This document shows, piece after piece, positions 41,052 to 51,797 of a stretch of 64,000 nucleotides of DNA. A model generated the notes under the pieces. It saw only the letters and a list, made by a program, of their open reading frames with translations. It was not told where the DNA came from and did not search any database. The position numbers were made by a program, and so were the translations under genes. The first letter of the stretch is position 1, and each line of letters starts with the position of its first letter. Source of the stretch: Waddliaceae bacterium (GTDB taxonomy: Bacteria; Chlamydiota; Chlamydiia; Chlamydiales; SLFE01); assembly GCA_963771045.1 (NCBI GenBank), contig CAVYRW010000001.1, forward strand, positions 2,211 through 66,210, given 5' to 3'.

Positions 41052-41894
41052 CTAAAGCGGCGGCAGGACATGCACAAGCGCAAGCTCTTCGATGTTTTCG
41101 GCTGTGGGGGAGGCTTCGATCTCGTAGTAGTAGTCGCCTTCTCTTAGCGATTGGATTTTTGTCACCTTTGCAACATGGAGGCCGGCGGGAAAAACGCCGT
41201 CCATTCCCGTTGTGACCAGAAGGTCCCCTACTTTCAGAATGGCCGGATCCGACCGGAGGTCTCTTGCGGGGCTGAATTCATCGTCATAATCGTAATTAAA
41301 GCCGTCGCCGATGAGAGTGCTTCCGCGGGAGCGCCACATGGTTTTGGCGCTTCCGTGAAGCTCTCCTTTCGCCAGGTAAAGGGGCTCGCCTGAGCTGTCT
41401 GTGCGCTGGGCCCTCACTGATGGGGTGAGCTCAGGATCGGTTATCAGCCTCACAAGGGAACGGTTGGATTGAACGGTTTCGACAACTCCGATAAGCGATT
41501 TTCCCAAAACGACAGGGCTGTTTTTGGCTACGATTGTTTTATTAAGTTTTTGATTGTCTTTTTCGCCGACGTTGATCCAAAGCGAGCTGTTCCAGGAAAT
41601 AGGACAGCGATAGATGACGCTGGCAGAGAGTGCCTCGATATCATGATCCAGCTCATGGCGGGTCAAATCCTTATACTGTGAGATCCTGTCTTTTAGGAGA
41701 AGATTTTCCAGCTCAAGTCTGGCGATTGTCTCTTCGGCCTCGCTTTGCCGGCTTACCTGAAAAAGACTCCAAAGAGGTTTAACAAGAGCGATGGTAAGAC
41801 CCTGGAGTTTTTGCGACGAGTAAATTGAAAGGCTGAGTAAAAAAACGAGCGTGAGAGAGATCAGTAAAATTGATCGGGTTGTTATCTTTTTCAT
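41052..41894 (-). CDS. mreC: Rod shape-determining protein MreC
   Basis: N-terminal TM, coiled coil, LIG.V...S.VRLITDP and GDLLVTTGMDGVFPAGL.V motifs. Confidence 0.9.
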   Translation of the reverse strand: MKKITTRSILLISLTLVFLLSLSIYSSQKLQGLTIALVKPLWSLFQVSRQSEAEETIARLELENLLLKDRISQYKDLTRHELDHDIEALSASVIYRCPISWNSSLWINVGEKDNQKLNKTIVAKNSPVVLGKSLIGVVETVQSNRSLVRLITDPELTPSVRAQRTDSSGEPLYLAKGELHGSAKTMWRSRGSTLIGDGFNYDYDDEFSPARDLRSDPAILKVGDLLVTTGMDGVFPAGLHVAKVTKIQSLREGDYYYEIEASPTAENIEELALVHVLPPL

Positions 41895-43077
41895 AAAATG
41901 CTGGCGATGGCCTTTGCGGCAGTTTTTATATTGTTCCTAGTTCAATCCGGCTATATTGATCCTTCCGCTCGGAATCATGTAAACGGCGTGCTTGTCGATG
42001 AGGAGCTGCACTTCTGCGGGACTGAGCCCAAGAAGGGTAAACATTCCTTTTTGATGTTTAATAAACTCAAAATCAACGGGGCTTTCTAATGAACTTAAGC
42101 TCATTGGCAAAGGCGTTTCTCATTTCGACGATTCTGTTTCTCATAGCCGCAAGCTCCCCTTGCCACTCTTCTGTAAGTTCATGAGAATCAAGAATTGTCG
42201 AGACAATTCTTGCTCCTTGGAGGGGAGGTGACGAATAGATGCTTCTGATGGTTCTTTTAATATGCGAGGCAATTTTGGGAAGGTCTGCCGGGTCCGCAGC
42301 TAAAAATGCCAGGTGCCCGACCCGCTCGCCATAGAGTCCAAAGTTTTTTGCATGGGAAGTGGCGATGGCCATCTCGTGGCCGTCACCTGCGAATTGGCGG
42401 ATAGCGAAGGCGTCGGTTTCCAGATTGTCTCCAAATCCTTGATAAGCCAGGTCGAAAAAGGGAAACAGCTCTTTTTCTTTAATTAAGTGCGAGAGTTCTT
42501 TCCACTGCTCGGGGGATGGGTCCATGCCGGTGGGATTATGGCAGCTTCCATGAAGGATGATGATGCTTTTCGGAGGGGCTTCTTTAAGCGAGGCTTTCAT
42601 AGCTTCAAAATCCAGTCTGTGGCCGCGATAATACTCGTATTCTTCTATCTGATAGCCGCATCTTGAAAAGATGAGGCGGTGGTTGCCCCATGTCGGGCGG
42701 GATAGATAGATTTTAGCTTCCGGACTTACGATTTTTAAAAATTCGCCTCCGATTTTAAGGGCTCCGCTTCCCCCGACGGTTTGCGCCGCGCAGGCCCTCT
42801 CTTTATGGGGAGAGTCTTCTCCAAGTATCAGATCGAGGGTTTTTTGCCGGTAAACTGCGTCGCCGTCAATTGGGAGGTATTCTTTGTTTAGATTTTTTTC
42901 TAAAAGGATTTTTTCAGCCTTTCTGACAACGTCTAAGACATGGGGGGTTCCCCTGGCGTCCCGATAGGCGCCCACTCCCAAATTGACCTTGTTTTCCCTC
43001 TTATCTGCCGCAAACAGCGGAGGGATTCCGAGGATCGGGTCCGCGGGAAGCAGATCAATTTTGGAAAAGACAGACAT
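41891..43077 (-). CDS. aspC: Aspartate/aromatic aminotransferase, two frameshifts near the 3' end
   Basis: NLGVGAYR, HNPTG, DLAYQGF and SHAKNFGLYGER motifs; the missing C-terminus QKGMF...SGRINIAGLN lies in another frame at about 41930-42080. Confidence 0.9.
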
Positions 43078-43300
43078 AAGGACCGGCCAGGTAATATTTT
43101 TTTCAATAAAATCATAGGAAATTTTCTCTTTTTATTGTATAAAAACGTCATTGCGTATTAAAAATAGGACATACTTGACAAAAACCTCGACATATTCAAT
43201 GATATTACCTACAAGTTTTGCACGCACAGGTAAGTTTTCTTACTCTATATTCTGGGTGGGGAACTTACTTTTTTTTCGACCCTCATAAACAATTGTGAGC

Positions 43301-44964
43301 ATGAGCAAATCAGATAATAAAAACACCTTTACTCCCGGGCATCAGCAAAAAATCGAAGAGCTCGTCAATCTCGCAAAAGATCAAGGCTATATCACCTATG
43401 AGGAGATCAATGAAATCCTCCCGATGACTTTTGACACGCCCGAGCAAATTGACCAGGTGTTGATTTTCAGTCCGGGATGGATATTCAGATCCTCAACCAA
43501 GCTGAAGTGGAGCGGCAAAAAGAAAAGAAAAAAGAAGCCAAAGAGCTCGAAGGCATTCCCAGGAGAGCTGAAGGACTCTCCGATGACCCGGTCCGAATGT
43601 ATCTCAAAGAGATGGGTTCTGTTCCTCTGCTCAGCCGTGAAGAAGAAGTGGAGATTTCCAAACGAATTGAAAAGGCGCAGATCCAAGTAGAACAGATCAT
43701 CATGCGTTTTCGCTATTCGCCACCGAAGCGATTTCCATTGCCACTTATCTTTTGACGGAAAAAGAGCGCTTTGACAAGTCCATTGCGGAAAAAGAGGTGG
43801 ATGACAAGCAAAAATTCTCGTCCTGGAAGCTCCCCAGATGATGCGGACTTCTGCTGGAAGAAGATTCTCATTTGGAAGGCTTGCTCGCGCAGATGGTCGA
43901 CCCCAAGTTGAAAAAAGCGGGCCGCCAAGCTTCTTGAAGAAATCGAAAAATGCCGTATTCGGACACAGGCTTATCTGCGGCGGATGCATCTTCCGCCACA
44001 ACATCATCGAAGATTTCGGCGAGGTGATCATCGGTGGTTATAAGCGGTTTATCATCCTTGAAAAGGAGATCCAAGAACTGCGCCTCGTGCTGAAAAAAAT
44101 AAGTTTGCAGCGGCAAAGCTCGTAGCGGCGAAGAGCAAATTGCGAAAGCGAGAGCTCGCAGCGGGACGGACGATTGACGAGTTCAAGAAAGATGTCCGGA
44201 TGCTTCAGCGCTGGATGGATAAAAGCCAAGAAGCGAAGCGGGAAATGGTGGAGTCCAACTTCGCCTCGTGATCTCGATTGCCAAAAAATACACCAACCGA
44301 GGCCTCTCATTTCTTGACCTGATCCAGGAAGGAAATATGGGCCTGATGAAAGCGGTCGAAAAGTTCGAATACCGCCGAGGGTATAAGTTTTCAACCTATG
44401 CGACCTGGTGGATCCGCCAGGCCGTCACCCGTGCTATCGCCGACCAAGCCCGCACGATCCGGATTCCGGTCCATATGATCGAGACGATCAATAAAGTTCT
44501 TCGCGGTGCGAAAAAACTGATGATGGAAACCGGACGGGAACCGACTCCTGAAGAGCTGGCCGAAGAGCTGGGCATCACCGCCGAGCGGGTTCGTGAAATT
44601 TACAAGATTGCCCAGCATCCCATTTCTCTTCAGGCAGAAGTCGGCGATGGCGGCGAGAGCCAGTTCGGGGATTTTCTCGAAGATACCGCAGCCGACTCTC
44701 CATCGGAGGCGACAGGATATTCGATTCTGAAAGATATGATGGCCGAGGTCCTTGAGACGCTTGAATGATCGAGAGCGGAAGGTTCTGATCCAGCGTTTCG
44801 GGCTCAATGACGGAAAGCCGAAGACCCTCGAAGAAGTTGGCGTTGAGTTTAATGTGACCCGGGAGCGGATCCGGCAAATCGAAGCAAAAGCGCTGCGTAA
44901 AATGCGCCATCCGACAAGGTCCAAAAGACTTAGAGCCTTTCTCGATTTCCTCGAAGAAGAATAA
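43301..44964 (+). CDS. rpoD: Primary sigma factor sigma66/RpoD, multiple frameshifts
   Basis: Region 1.1 [53 protein letters not shown] and [13 protein letters not shown] across fragments. Confidence 0.95.
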
Positions 44965-45070
44965 CCCGCTTTTATCACAGGATCTCGAGGCAAGTCGGAC
45001 AAGGTGTTTGTCCGAGTTTGCAAAAACTCGAGAAGTGACATAGTTGTCAAACTAGACCGGCGAGAGTTTT

Positions 45071-47332
45071 ATGCAAAATCGGCAAACAAATTTGGCAAAT
45101 TGGCCGAGAGACTGTGATAAAAGCGGGGCAATAAGCCTCGATGCCGATTCCTTACTCAAACTCCTTGAGTCCAAAGGTCGCTTAAACGGGTTCTTAAACG
45201 GATATGAATCCCGCATTCAGCAGCAGGAGATGATGCAGGCTGTCATCCGAGCGTTCAACAGCAAGCACATTTCTTTGATCGAGGCGGGGACCGGTACCGG
45301 AAAAAGCCTCGCTTACTTAATTCCTGCTGTGGTAAAAGCTGCGGGCGACAACCGGCCGGTAGTGATTGCGACAAAGACTATCAACCTCCAACAACAGCTA
45401 ACTGAAAAGGACATCCCCCTCGTCCGGAAAGTTTTAGGCTTTGATTTTAAATACGCCCTTGTCAAGGGAATCAGCAACTATGTCTGCCTGAGAAAACTCA
45501 AAGACACCGAAAATGAACTCGATCTTCTGACGCCGGCGGAATCAAAACAGCTGGGAAGAATCCGGGCCTGGGCGTCAGCGACGCCCTCGGGATCGAAATC
45601 GGAGCTGGATTTCAAGCCTTATTCTTCTGTATGGGAAAAAGTGGGCTGCGAGTTCGACACCTGCACTTTCCGTAAATGCCCTCATTACGAAGAGTGCCAT
45701 TTCTTTAAAGCCCGCAAAGAGGCCGAAGATGCCAAAATTCTCATCGTCAATCATCACATTCTTTTTGCCGACCTTGCTATGCGGGCTGCCGATGAAAATT
45801 ATGACGATGCGGCGCTTTTGCCCAATTATCGCCATGTGATCGTCGATGAGGCGCATCACATCGAAGATGTGGCTACCGAATTTTTCGCCGATCATGTCTC
45901 CCGCCTTGATTTTATGAAAATCTTGGGGAAAATATCGTCCGAGAAGACAGGGACTGACGCGGGAAGGTTGTCAATTATAAAAAAGAAAGTGATGCAGGCC
46001 TGCAAGCAGGCTCCTAAAGATCAGTTCGATAAGCTGATGACGCTATTTAACGTTTCGCTTCTTTTTAGCCGGCGGGAAGTGATTAGGGGGGTTGCCGAAT
46101 TTTTTCACACACTGACGCAGTTTTTCAACAATAAACAAAAGGATGGTGAGGAAGAAAATAAACTCAGGCTTTTTCAAAGCTATACCAGTGACTGCTTTTG
46201 GCTGGAAGAAGTCAAGCCTCAAGCTGAAGCCTTTCTTCGGAGTATTAAAAGCTATACGCATACTCTTCATACTTTATGTCGGGAAATCAAAGAGATCGAC
46301 CATCAACCTTTGCAGGAGCAAACAGCCGGACTCATTGCCGAAATATCGGCTTATGCCGACCGCCTGGATGCAAAAGCGGCTATCGTTGAAAAATGCACTT
46401 TTGAAGAGATCGGCAAAGAGCGTGTCCGCTGGCTTGAAACATCGCTTGTCAATACCTTGCAAAACATAACAATGATTGAAGCGAAGCTCGATATTTCCTC
46501 TTACCTTGTGGAAAACTTTTTTAAGAAAATTGAAACCATTGTTTTTTGCAGCGCGACTTTGACAACAAGCGGAAATTTTACTTATTTCAAAAACAGGCTG
46601 GGGCTGTCTTCCGATGAGCTGTCCTATCGGAGTGTTGATGAGGAGATTTTTCCCTCGCCCTTTGATTATCGGAAACAAGCGATGCTGGTCATCCCCTCTA
46701 CCCTGCCTCCGCCGCAGCACAGCTCCTATATTGATAAAGCCTCCGAGACTATTCTTCAGGCGGTCAAAGCCAGCCATGGAAATGCTTTCATCTTGTTCAC
46801 TTCCTATACGATGCTTCGGCAGTGCTGCGAAAAACTCTCTCCCATACTTAGGAAACTCCGATTTGTCATATTGAAGCAAGGCGACGATCAGCGGCAGACC
46901 CTGCTTAATCATTTTAGAAATACGAACAGGTCGGTTCTCTTTGCTACCGATTCCTTTTGGGAGGGGGTTGATGTTTCCGGGGAGGCGCTCAGGCTTGTCA
47001 TCCTCGTAAAACTTCCCTTTCGGGTCCCTTCCGAGCCGATATTTCAGGCCCGCTCGGAACTGATCGCCTCTCAAGGAGGGTCGCCTTTTCTCGAATATTC
47101 CCTTCCTTCTGCCATCGTGAAATTCAAGCAGGGCTTCGGCCGTTTGATCCGCCATAAGAACGACCGCGGCGTCGTTATGGTTCTCGACAGCCGCCTCATG
47201 ACAAAAGGATATGGCAAACATTTTCTGAAAAGCCTTCCCGACTGTCCCCATCTTTTCACCGAAAATCCGCCCAAAGACTTAGAAGCATTCTATAAGCGTA
47301 CTTATCCTCTTGTTCTCTCTCGCAATTCGTGA
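45071..47332 (+). CDS. dinG: DinG/YoaA-family ATP-dependent helicase with Fe-S cysteines
   Basis: EAGTGTGKS, DEAH, SATL, FWEGVD and QGFGRLIR motifs. Confidence 0.92.
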   Translation: MQNRQTNLANWPRDCDKSGAISLDADSLLKLLESKGRLNGFLNGYESRIQQQEMMQAVIRAFNSKHISLIEAGTGTGKSLAYLIPAVVKAAGDNRPVVIATKTINLQQQLTEKDIPLVRKVLGFDFKYALVKGISNYVCLRKLKDTENELDLLTPAESKQLGRIRAWASATPSGSKSELDFKPYSSVWEKVGCEFDTCTFRKCPHYEECHFFKARKEAEDAKILIVNHHILFADLAMRAADENYDDAALLPNYRHVIVDEAHHIEDVATEFFADHVSRLDFMKILGKISSEKTGTDAGRLSIIKKKVMQACKQAPKDQFDKLMTLFNVSLLFSRREVIRGVAEFFHTLTQFFNNKQKDGEEENKLRLFQSYTSDCFWLEEVKPQAEAFLRSIKSYTHTLHTLCREIKEIDHQPLQEQTAGLIAEISAYADRLDAKAAIVEKCTFEEIGKERVRWLETSLVNTLQNITMIEAKLDISSYLVENFFKKIETIVFCSATLTTSGNFTYFKNRLGLSSDELSYRSVDEEIFPSPFDYRKQAMLVIPSTLPPPQHSSYIDKASETILQAVKASHGNAFILFTSYTMLRQCCEKLSPILRKLRFVILKQGDDQRQTLLNHFRNTNRSVLFATDSFWEGVDVSGEALRLVILVKLPFRVPSEPIFQARSELIASQGGSPFLEYSLPSAIVKFKQGFGRLIRHKNDRGVVMVLDSRLMTKGYGKHFLKSLPDCPHLFTENPPKDLEAFYKRTYPLVLSRNS

Positions 47333-47346
47333 TATAAGCCAGAAAT

Positions 47347-47805
47347 ATGAAGAGGATTGTCTTGGTCAGACACGCAAAATCCGAAAGCGGGGCGAGCAGC
47401 GAGAACCCCCCTTTAAGCGAAGAGGGGCGCGATACCCATAGTCGCATTTCGGAAGAATTGATGAATCAGGGAATCAAGCCCACAAAAATTTTGTCTTCTC
47501 CTCTTTTGCGCGCCATACAGTCCGCAGAAATCATGGCTAAGGAATTCGGACTCGATGTTCAGGAAGAGCCGATTCTTGACGGATCCGGAAGCGCTGAAGA
47601 AATTGTTAAGGAAATTCAATGGGTATCTGACGGAGAATCTGTTTTTCTTGTCGGACACGTTCCCGTTATGTCCGAACTTGCCAACAGGCTCGGCTCCGAA
47701 AAAGTGACAGATGGTGTCAGCAAAAGTGGCTGCGTTATTTTTGACTTTGCCACTGGAATCGACTTTGGAAAGGGGCAGTATGTCGGCTACATTCATCCGA
47801 GTTAG
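47347..47805 (+). CDS. sixA: Phosphohistidine phosphatase SixA
   Basis: LVRHAKS, SSPLLRA.QSA and VGH.P motifs. Confidence 0.85.
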   Translation: MKRIVLVRHAKSESGASSENPPLSEEGRDTHSRISEELMNQGIKPTKILSSPLLRAIQSAEIMAKEFGLDVQEEPILDGSGSAEEIVKEIQWVSDGESVFLVGHVPVMSELANRLGSEKVTDGVSKSGCVIFDFATGIDFGKGQYVGYIHPS

Positions 47806-47811
47806 TAGAAT

Positions 47812-48735
47812 ATGAATAGGCGGATCATTCCAAAAGAGATTTTCTGGCGCCGAATGCACTCTCTTGCAGGGCTTTGGTTGATCCTATTCATTATTGAACA
47901 CTTGCTGACAAATTCACAGTCGGCCCTTTTTTTCGGCAATGACGGACGGGGGTTTATCGAATCGGTTAATTGGATTCACAACCTTCCCTATCTGCCCGCT
48001 ATCGAAATCATTTTCCTTGCGCTTCCCTTCCTTGTTCATGGATTATGGGGAATAAAATATGCGCGGGAGGCCAAATTCAATTCATTTCCTTCGGATGGAA
48101 CAAGGCCCGCTCTGACCCGTTACAGAAGAAATCATGGGTTCACCTGGCAGAGGATAACCGCCTGGATATTAGCAGTGGGAGTTGTCGCTCATGTGGTGCA
48201 GATGAGATTTATCGATTATCCCGAGAAAACCTCTTTGGGCGCGAAGGAAAATTATATCGTCAGGGTCAGCGATGATCCCGGTCTTGAGACTCTCGCCTGG
48301 AAGTTGAATTTTAAGATTTTTACCCTGGAGAAGGTGGAAGTTTTATCAAAACAGCTTGCAGCAGAGTCCGCAGCCATGGGAGCCGTTCAGAAACAAAAAA
48401 AGAAAGAGGAAGCGGAATTTCTTTATGCTCTCCAATCAAAACCGCTTCGGCGAGGGGAGGTGGCCGTCGTCGCCCCAAATTTTGGAACTGCTTCTCTTAT
48501 GGTTGTGCGCGATACATTTAAAAGCCCTCTGATGATCATTCTCTATACCCTTTTTGTCATTGCAGCCGGTTATCACGCGTTCTATGGGCTGTGGACGTCA
48601 TTTATCACATGGGGGTTCAACATTAAACCCAAGACTCAAAGTCAATTTTTTCTTGTGACCAATACATTGATGATCGTTGTCACCGCATTGGGGTTGGCAT
48701 CGATCTTTTTAACCTATTTAAACTTGAAAAATTAG
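47812..48735 (+). CDS. sdhC: Succinate dehydrogenase cytochrome b558 subunit (long form)
   Basis: RRMHSLAG, EHL.TNS, WQRITA and H...GLW motifs; first gene of the sdh operon. Confidence 0.9.
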   Translation: MNRRIIPKEIFWRRMHSLAGLWLILFIIEHLLTNSQSALFFGNDGRGFIESVNWIHNLPYLPAIEIIFLALPFLVHGLWGIKYAREAKFNSFPSDGTRPALTRYRRNHGFTWQRITAWILAVGVVAHVVQMRFIDYPEKTSLGAKENYIVRVSDDPGLETLAWKLNFKIFTLEKVEVLSKQLAAESAAMGAVQKQKKKEEAEFLYALQSKPLRRGEVAVVAPNFGTASLMVVRDTFKSPLMIILYTLFVIAAGYHAFYGLWTSFITWGFNIKPKTQSQFFLVTNTLMIVVTALGLASIFLTYLNLKN

Positions 48736-48745
48736 GAGTGGAGTT

Positions 48746-48988
48746 ATGAAACTCAATGCTGTCAGCCTCGGCGTTGCGGGAGGCATATTGTGGGGGGCCA
48801 TGATGCTTATCTTAACCTGGATTTGCATGGCAAACGGCTATGCATCTATGTGGCTTGAAGTGATGAGCAGCGTCTATCCCGGATATAGTATAAGTTTTGC
48901 AGGAAGCATCATCGGTCTGCTCTACGGTTTTGCCGACGGATTTATTGGGCTCTTTATTTTAGGCTGGCTATATAATCAGTTAGGATAA
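48746..48988 (+). CDS. Small membrane protein (holin-like family by recollection)
   Basis: 80 aa, YPGYS.S..GSIIG..YGF.DG motif, RBS present. Confidence 0.7.
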   Translation: MKLNAVSLGVAGGILWGAMMLILTWICMANGYASMWLEVMSSVYPGYSISFAGSIIGLLYGFADGFIGLFILGWLYNQLG

Positions 48989-48991
48989 CCT

Positions 48992-50881
48992 ATGGAAAAA
49001 CAAAAAGAGATCATTGTTGTCGGCGGCGGCCTGGCGGGTCTTTCCGCCTCGATGAAGCTTGCCGAGAACGGCTGCCGGATTAAACTGGTTTCAATCACGA
49101 AATGCCGGCGTTCCCACTCTGTTTGCGCGCAAGGAGGAATTAACGCAGCCATGAATTTGATGGGAGAAGAGGACTCTCCGATCATTCATGCGTACGACAC
49201 TATGAAAGGGGGCGATTTCCTTGCCGATCAACCTCCTATTTTGGAAATGTGCCAGGCAGCCCCGTCGATCATCCGTATGATGGACCGCTTCGGATGTCCT
49301 TTTAACAGAACGCCTGAGGGAAATATGGATTTCCGAAGATTCGGTGGCACTCTTTACAACCGCACCGCTTTTTGCGGCGCCTCCACAGGCCAGCAGCTCC
49401 TCTACACCCTTGACGAGCAGGTGCGCCGTTATGAAGTGAAGGGGCTTGTCGAAAAGTTCGAAAACCATGAGTTTATGCGTCTTGTCTTAGACGGGGAAGG
49501 AATCGCGAGAGGCATTGTCCTTATGGACCTCTTCAATCTCAAATTGGAGGTTCTAAAAGCCGATGCAGTGGTGATTGCGACAGGAGGCCTCGGACTTCTC
49601 TTTAAAAAGTCGACCAATTCGACCTTTTGTACGGGCGCTGCGAATGGGCGTCTCTACAAGCAGGGGATGGAATACGCCAACGGCGAGTTTATCCAGATTC
49701 ACCCGACAGCCATTCCGGGAATCGATAAAATGCGTCTGATGTCCGAATCTGCGAGAGGAGAGGGAGGAAGAGTCTGGGTTTATGGGGACTCTTCTAAAAC
49801 CATCACGGCGCCAAACGGAGAAGAAGTGCCCTGCGGCGAAACGGGAAAGCCCTGGTATTTCCTCGAAGAGCTTTATCCCGGCTACGGCAATTTGATCCCG
49901 CGCGATATCGGCGCCCGTGTAGTTCTTAGCGTTTGCGAAATGGGTCTTGGGGTCGACGGCAAAATGCAAGTCTATCTCGATGTGTCGCACCTTCCTGAAG
50001 AAACCAAGCACAAGCTCGACGCTATTTTGGAGATTTACCAAAAATTTACCGGCGAAGATCCAAGAAAAGTCCCCATGAGGATTTTTCCCGCTGTCCACTA
50101 CACTATGGGCGGGGCTTGGGTGGACTGGCCCGCTGCGGATGATCCCGACCGACTCGAGCGTTACCGCCAAATGACAAATATCAAAGGCTGTTTCAACATT
50201 GGCGAGTCGGACTTTTCTTATCATGGAGCCAACCGCCTGGGAGCCAATGCCCTGCTTTCTTGCATCTATAGCGGACTCGTGGCCGGTCAGGAGGTGCCCA
50301 GATATATCAAAAACCTCTCAAAGACTTTTTCCGAGATTCCTAAAAGCGCTTTTGACGAGGCCTTAGAGGAGGAAAAGAGCTTCAAAGAAGATCTCTTTGC
50401 CCGCGAGGGTCCGGAAAATGTGTTCAGGCTTCACGATGAGCTTGCCGAAGCCCTGGTCAATAATGCCACCGTTAAAAGAAGCGGCAAAAATCTCCGCAAG
50501 ACACTCGCTTTCATTAAGGAAATCAGAGAGCGATTTCAACATATCTCTTTAAGCGACAAGGGACGATTTGCCAACCAGACATATGTTTTTGCGAATCAGT
50601 TTGACGCGATGATCCATCTTGCGTTAATTATTGTGAAAGGGGCCTTGCTCCGCAATGAGAGTCGAGGCGCTCACTATAAGGAAGGGTACGAAGAGCGCGA
50701 CGACGAGAATTGGCTAAAGCACACGATCGCGACCTACGACCCCAATCAGGATGAACCGGTGGTCAGTTATAAGCCGGTGGACTTAAGGCATCTGGATCCT
50801 TTGCCGCGCAATTATGTGAAAGCCAAAAAAGTGAAGCCGGAGTTGAAAAATATTCCGGATAACATTCAGTTGCCCATATAG
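48992..50881 (+). CDS. sdhA: Succinate dehydrogenase flavoprotein
   Basis: GGGLAG, RSHSVCAQGG, QIHPT, HGANRLG and ESRGAH motifs. Confidence 0.96.
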   Translation: MEKQKEIIVVGGGLAGLSASMKLAENGCRIKLVSITKCRRSHSVCAQGGINAAMNLMGEEDSPIIHAYDTMKGGDFLADQPPILEMCQAAPSIIRMMDRFGCPFNRTPEGNMDFRRFGGTLYNRTAFCGASTGQQLLYTLDEQVRRYEVKGLVEKFENHEFMRLVLDGEGIARGIVLMDLFNLKLEVLKADAVVIATGGLGLLFKKSTNSTFCTGAANGRLYKQGMEYANGEFIQIHPTAIPGIDKMRLMSESARGEGGRVWVYGDSSKTITAPNGEEVPCGETGKPWYFLEELYPGYGNLIPRDIGARVVLSVCEMGLGVDGKMQVYLDVSHLPEETKHKLDAILEIYQKFTGEDPRKVPMRIFPAVHYTMGGAWVDWPAADDPDRLERYRQMTNIKGCFNIGESDFSYHGANRLGANALLSCIYSGLVAGQEVPRYIKNLSKTFSEIPKSAFDEALEEEKSFKEDLFAREGPENVFRLHDELAEALVNNATVKRSGKNLRKTLAFIKEIRERFQHISLSDKGRFANQTYVFANQFDAMIHLALIIVKGALLRNESRGAHYKEGYEERDDENWLKHTIATYDPNQDEPVVSYKPVDLRHLDPLPRNYVKAKKVKPELKNIPDNIQLPI

Positions 50882-50890
50882 GACAGATTT

Positions 50891-51658
50891 ATGGCCGATA
50901 CGTATATTTTAAAAATTTATCGAGGAGTACCGGGCAAACAGTATTGGGAAGAATTCGAGTTTGAGTTCACGCCGCAGGCGAATGTGATTTCCTCTTTGAT
51001 GGAAATTCAAAAAAATCCCCTGAACCGCAAAGGGGAAGCGATCGAGCCGGTCGTCTGGGAGCAGGGATGCCTTGAAGAGGTGTGCGGGTCTTGTTCGATG
51101 CTTATCAACGGCCATCCCCGCCAGGCATGCACCGCACTGATCAAAAATATCATCGAAGAAACAGGAAACAGCGTCATTACCTTGGCTCCTTTCACCAAGT
51201 TTCCTCTGGTCCGCGATTTGATTGTCGACCGCTCGGCCATGTTTGACAATCTAAAAAGAGTGCACGCCTGGATTGATACCGACCTTTCCTACGACAGGGG
51301 TCCCGGCCCGAAAATCAGCCCCGCCGTCCAGAAGGTGATGTATGCGCTTTCGACATGCATGACCTGCGGCTGCTGCTCCGAAGGCTGCCCGAATGTCAAC
51401 GAGAGGTCCGATTTTATGGGGCCGGCTCCCATCTCCACCGTCCGTTTTTTTAATATGCATCCAACGGGACATACCCAGCGCCGTGAAAGGCTGGGCCCTC
51501 TTATGGAGAAAGGGGGGGTCGGCGGCTGCGGCAACGCTCAAAACTGCGTTCGCGTTTGCCCCAAGCACATTCCTCTGACCGACAGCATCGCCGAAATCGG
51601 CCGCGCCGTCACCCTCCAGGCCCTGCGCAACATATTCGGCGGTCCCGAAGAGGAATAA
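50891..51658 (+). CDS. sdhB: Succinate dehydrogenase Fe-S subunit
   Basis: CLEEVCGSC, CMTCGCC..GCP and CGNAQNC..VCP motifs. Confidence 0.96.
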   Translation: MADTYILKIYRGVPGKQYWEEFEFEFTPQANVISSLMEIQKNPLNRKGEAIEPVVWEQGCLEEVCGSCSMLINGHPRQACTALIKNIIEETGNSVITLAPFTKFPLVRDLIVDRSAMFDNLKRVHAWIDTDLSYDRGPGPKISPAVQKVMYALSTCMTCGCCSEGCPNVNERSDFMGPAPISTVRFFNMHPTGHTQRRERLGPLMEKGGVGGCGNAQNCVRVCPKHIPLTDSIAEIGRAVTLQALRNIFGGPEEE

Positions 51659-51797
51659 AATTAGTAATATGCCGATCTCTTTGTTCCCAGTGATAGCTCT
51701 TCAACTCTTTTGTTTAAGTAATTTTTGATACAACAATGTCTCCGTGACTGGTTCATTTTCATGACTATAAACGAGAATTGTACTCATTGATAAATGA

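Noticed and set aside
46274-47251. Long antisense and alternate-frame ORFs (for example 46274-47251, 6220-7080, 24135-24908)
   Set aside because: They are shadows of well-supported genes and carry no recognisable motifs.
48746-48988. SdhD or a prophage lysis gene
   Set aside because: No heme-ligating His, and no phage genes nearby.
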